Assembly (NCBI GenBank): GCA_963666215.2
Contig: CAXWPL010000005.1
Location: 1,440,001 to 1,504,000, forward strand
Direction of reading: 5' to 3'
Length of the DNA: 64,000 nt
From: Acidobacteriota bacterium
GTDB lineage: Bacteria > Acidobacteriota > UBA890 > WLXD01
This document shows positions 61,035 through 64,000 of this stretch, piece after piece (position 1 is the first letter of the stretch; each line of letters opens with the position of its first letter). The translations under genes and the position numbers were made by a program. The notes beneath the pieces were generated by a model that saw only the letters and a list, made by a program, of their open reading frames with translations, ran no database searches and was not told the origin of the DNA.

Positions 61035-62762
61035 TCAGGGAGCGACGTACCAGATGGGCGAGGTGTAGGCGCGCTCCTGGATGGCGGTCGCGGGACGGTC
61101 TCCTCGTCGGGAGGGCCCCATGGGGGTAGGGATCTCGAGTACGCGCACGTAGTAGAAGGCGTTGAGCCGGGGATCGAAATCCGGATCGGTCCATACGCCC
61201 TGGAGCTCCGCTGCACCGATCGAGTTGTCGTAGGTCTGGGCCGCCAGGTCGACCGTGGTGCCGACCGCAGGAAGCTTGCCGTCGGCGCCGCGCCTCCGGT
61301 CGCCCGACCCTACGACGTCGTAGACCTGCTCGGCGCTCTCGCCGTTCTCCGACCAGCCCTTGACGATCTGGATGCGGTCGAGGTGGGCACCCTCGGGGTC
61401 CTTGATCGCCCACACGACGAAGCTCGGCGGTCCGCTCTGGTCGTCTCCCGGCAGGTCGGTTCCCATCGGCACACAGCAGGCGTAGGCCTTCTCGACCCAG
61501 CCTGCCCGTTCGGGGTCGACTCCATCGGCATCGAAGCTGCCGAAGAAGCGCGCCCGGATGCGGGGTCCGGTCGTTCCCCAGGTCTCCCGGCGTCGCAGTG
61601 CCTCGAAGACGGAGGTACGGTCGTTGCGCTCCGCCCAGAGCCCCGTCAGCCCCGACAGCGTCCGGGTGTTCGCGTTGATGCGGTACACCTCGGGGCGCGC
61701 TGCCGTCGGCGGGAGCCGCTCGGCCGACGGTCTGCCGGAGTGGCTGTCGGTGGCCGCCACCAGGCCGAAGCGATAGGGATTGAAGCCGAGCTCGTCCTGG
61801 AGCTCGAGGCCGGTACGGTAGGCGTCGCGCACGTAGCCGCCGGCAAACTCGGTGACCTCTTGCTCTCCACGGCTGCCCACCAGGTACTCATGCAACCAGA
61901 AGTCGGCGAACTCGTCGTTGGGGCTGAGCGAGGGGTGGGTCTCCGACTGGCCCTTCTGCTGCGTCACCTCCACCAGCGGCTCGTTGCGCATGCGCTGCTC
62001 GGCGTACTCCGCCGTCAACGGTCGGTCCTGGCTGTCGACGCGCTCGAACATGATGCCGTCGGAGAGGTTCGAGTTGTGGGGGATGGCAAGAGCCTCGTGG
62101 CCTCCCTCGCGGTGGCGGTCCATCCACTCCCACAAATCCTCGGGCCGCTCGGTGTCATGACGCGAGAGGGGCACGGGTGCCGTGTCGCCCTTGAAGATGA
62201 CGTTACGGTGCAGGTTGCGCCCGTCGGGCGTCGCCGTCCACTCGTAGCCGATGAGAGTCGTGAAGACGCCGGGCTCATAGTGCTCATTGGCAAAGGCGAC
62301 GATTCGCTCCCAGCTTTCTTTCTGCACCTCCGGGAGCATCAGCTCGTGGAAATCCTGACCGGCCCGAGAGGCTGCGAGGATCTTGCCAAACACCGAGCGC
62401 CGCTCGGCGGGGTCGTCACTGAGCACGCTCCGCGCCAGTGGATGCTCGGCGTAGGGGTGGCCCTCCTCGCTCATCCTTACGAACGAGCCGAGGAAGAAGG
62501 CGTGGTCGGTGACCGCCATGAAGTCGAGCGGCTGGGTGAGCCGGTAGGTCTGCCCGCCTTGCACCCAGGGCTTGCCCTTGGCGAACTCGTAGGCGTCGCC
62601 GGGCGTCATCGCCGTGCCGGCGTAGGCGTCGAACGAGTATCTCGTGTGCATGTGCAGCTCGCCGAAGAGCGCCTTGCGCTCGGCCGGACCCGCCGCCGGC
62701 GCGGTCGTGCCGCCTATCCAGGACATCAGGGCCGCCAGGGCGGCCGCTCTCGTTGATACCAT
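61035..62762 (-). CDS. DUF3604 metallohydrolase 4
   Basis: GELHMHT, TDH, AATDSH, QERAYTSPIWY. Confidence 0.88.
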   Translation of the reverse strand: MVSTRAAALAALMSWIGGTTAPAAGPAERKALFGELHMHTRYSFDAYAGTAMTPGDAYEFAKGKPWVQGGQTYRLTQPLDFMAVTDHAFFLGSFVRMSEEGHPYAEHPLARSVLSDDPAERRSVFGKILAASRAGQDFHELMLPEVQKESWERIVAFANEHYEPGVFTTLIGYEWTATPDGRNLHRNVIFKGDTAPVPLSRHDTERPEDLWEWMDRHREGGHEALAIPHNSNLSDGIMFERVDSQDRPLTAEYAEQRMRNEPLVEVTQQKGQSETHPSLSPNDEFADFWLHEYLVGSRGEQEVTEFAGGYVRDAYRTGLELQDELGFNPYRFGLVAATDSHSGRPSAERLPPTAARPEVYRINANTRTLSGLTGLWAERNDRTSVFEALRRRETWGTTGPRIRARFFGSFDADGVDPERAGWVEKAYACCVPMGTDLPGDDQSGPPSFVVWAIKDPEGAHLDRIQIVKGWSENGESAEQVYDVVGSGDRRRGADGKLPAVGTTVDLAAQTYDNSIGAAELQGVWTDPDFDPRLNAFYYVRVLEIPTPMGPSRRGDRPATAIQERAYTSPIWYVAP

Positions 62763-62936
62763 CGCGCTCTCCTTGCTTATGGAAACCGAGGTGAGAGGGG
62801 CCCTCCCCTGGGGCTGAGCGCATTACGGCTCCTCCTACCTGGATGAGGTGAAGGCCGTAAGGCCCCGCGGTGGGGAGAGCTGAACCCGTACATTGTGGAC
62901 GGAAACACAGCGGATTGCACAGAGACGCCGTCTCCA

Positions 62937-64000
62937 TCAAGGTGGGTCCTGCGACCGGAGCGCCAAGGCGACCACTCGTGGTGGAGTCCCCCCACCGCCA
63001 ACCATAAAGCGCCCGCCGCCCACACTGACGGCGAGATACTGCCGTCCGTCCACCTCATAGGTGATGAGGTTCGAGTTCGGCGAATCGGGGAGCTCGATGC
63101 CACCGAGGTATGCACCGCTCTTCTTGTCGTAGACGCTGATCTCCGCCGGCCGGTCCGGCTCGAACGGCGTGCCGCCGCTGATGTTCTCGGGCCGCTGGGT
63201 GACGAAGAGAAGGGTCTTGGTGACCAGGGGCGCCGCATAAGGATTAAGGGCGCCGAGTCGAGGGAGATCCAAATCTTTGAGGGCCGGATGTTTGCGCGGG
63301 CCTTCGCCGTGGGCGACCACCCAGGCGTGCTCGCCGGTGGCGAGGTCGATCGCGGTGATACGACCGTAGGGGGGCTTGACCAGTGGCAGGCCGCGCGGAC
63401 CCGCGACACCGTCGTACCAGCGTTTTGGGGTGTAGCGCATATCCGAGCGATTGGGGTCTGGCGTGGTGAGCGAGACGGTCACCGGCCGGGTGAAGGACGG
63501 TACGTAGATGAGGCCGCTCTCCGGATCGACAGCGGCACCGGTCCAGTTGGTTCCTCCGCCGTCCGACGGTAGCTGGATCACCGGCTTGCCCTCGCCTTCT
63601 AGCCGGGGCGGAGTGAAGAACGACGCCAGCTCGTACTCCTCCGCGATCTCCAGAGCCTGTCGGCGCAGCTCAGGGGTGAAATCGATCAGATCGTCGACCG
63701 AAACGCCCTGGCGATCGTAGGCGGCAGGCTTGGTGGGGAAGGGCTGGGTGGGCGAGGCACGATCTCCGGGCACCGTAGTCGGTGGCACTGGCTTCTCTTC
63801 GATCGGCCACAGGGGCTCTCCCGTCTCGGCATCGAAGACGAAGAGGAAGGCCTGCTTGGTCGGCTGAGCGACCGCTTTGACCAGTTTGCCGTCGACTCTT
63901 ACATCGATGCGGCTCGGCGCCGTCGGCAGATCGTAGTCCCACAAGCCGTGGTGCACCATCTGGAAGTGCCAACGCCTCTCACCGGTCTCGCAATCTACTG
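62937..64000 (-). CDS. PQQ-dependent (glucose dehydrogenase-like) enzyme, 5' part outside window
   Basis: HHGLWDYDLP, PTQPFP, KPPYGRITAIDL, LVTKTLL. Confidence 0.85.
   Translation of the reverse strand, partial: VDCETGERRWHFQMVHHGLWDYDLPTAPSRIDVRVDGKLVKAVAQPTKQAFLFVFDAETGEPLWPIEEKPVPPTTVPGDRASPTQPFPTKPAAYDRQGVSVDDLIDFTPELRRQALEIAEEYELASFFTPPRLEGEGKPVIQLPSDGGGTNWTGAAVDPESGLIYVPSFTRPVTVSLTTPDPNRSDMRYTPKRWYDGVAGPRGLPLVKPPYGRITAIDLATGEHAWVVAHGEGPRKHPALKDLDLPRLGALNPYAAPLVTKTLLFVTQRPENISGGTPFEPDRPAEISVYDKKSGAYLGGIELPDSPNSNLITYEVDGRQYLAVSVGGGRFMVGGGGTPPRVVALALRSQDPP

Noticed and set aside
622-62756. Long antisense ORFs (e.g. 622-1503, 13084-14139, 21439-22884 alternate frame, 30858-32252, 36973-38178, 61383-62756)
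   Set aside because: Shadow frames of GC-rich genes with no recognisable motifs.
62770-62935. Riboswitch in the leader of the DUF3604 gene (also 44433-44640)
   Set aside because: Structured-looking, but no recognisable aptamer consensus.
29860-63959. WDYD in the glucose-dehydrogenase-like PQQ enzymes as proof of lanthanide use
   Set aside because: WDYD is also standard in Ca/Mg-dependent quinoprotein glucose dehydrogenases, so it is not diagnostic.

Overview
GC-rich bacterial accessory region; protein families suggest Acidobacteriota or a similar marine/sponge-type lineage (inference). It reads as a heavily reworked, tRNA-Leu-associated genomic island. Intact cargo is mostly exported or catabolic: five DUF3604/PHP-like metallohydrolases, a duplicated Rieske + PQQ-dehydrogenase pair, further PQQ enzymes, two sulfatases, three NHL/PAL-like propellers, two LLM oxidoreductases, nitronate monooxygenase, GST, haloalkane dehalogenase, a leuC-leuD-leuB-like operon and two MFS transporters. 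Between these lie many short gene fragments, mostly damaged toxin-antitoxin pairs and mobile DNA: IS91/ISCR-like pieces, IS256, IS6, a nested IS3/IS30 stack, CTAG-bounded MITEs and two copies of one group II intron. Main signals: (1) an IS91-like element whose transposase appears replaced by an intact DUF3604 gene; (2) a group II intron, plus an ORF-less derivative, whose homing site is the end of a small repeat family with vacant copies in the window; (3) two 166-bp MITEs sharing a core but with unrelated terminal repeats; (4) duplicated PQQ enzymes differing mainly in one loop. All family calls come from motif recognition by eye, with no database search, and chimeric assembly cannot be excluded for individual junctions.
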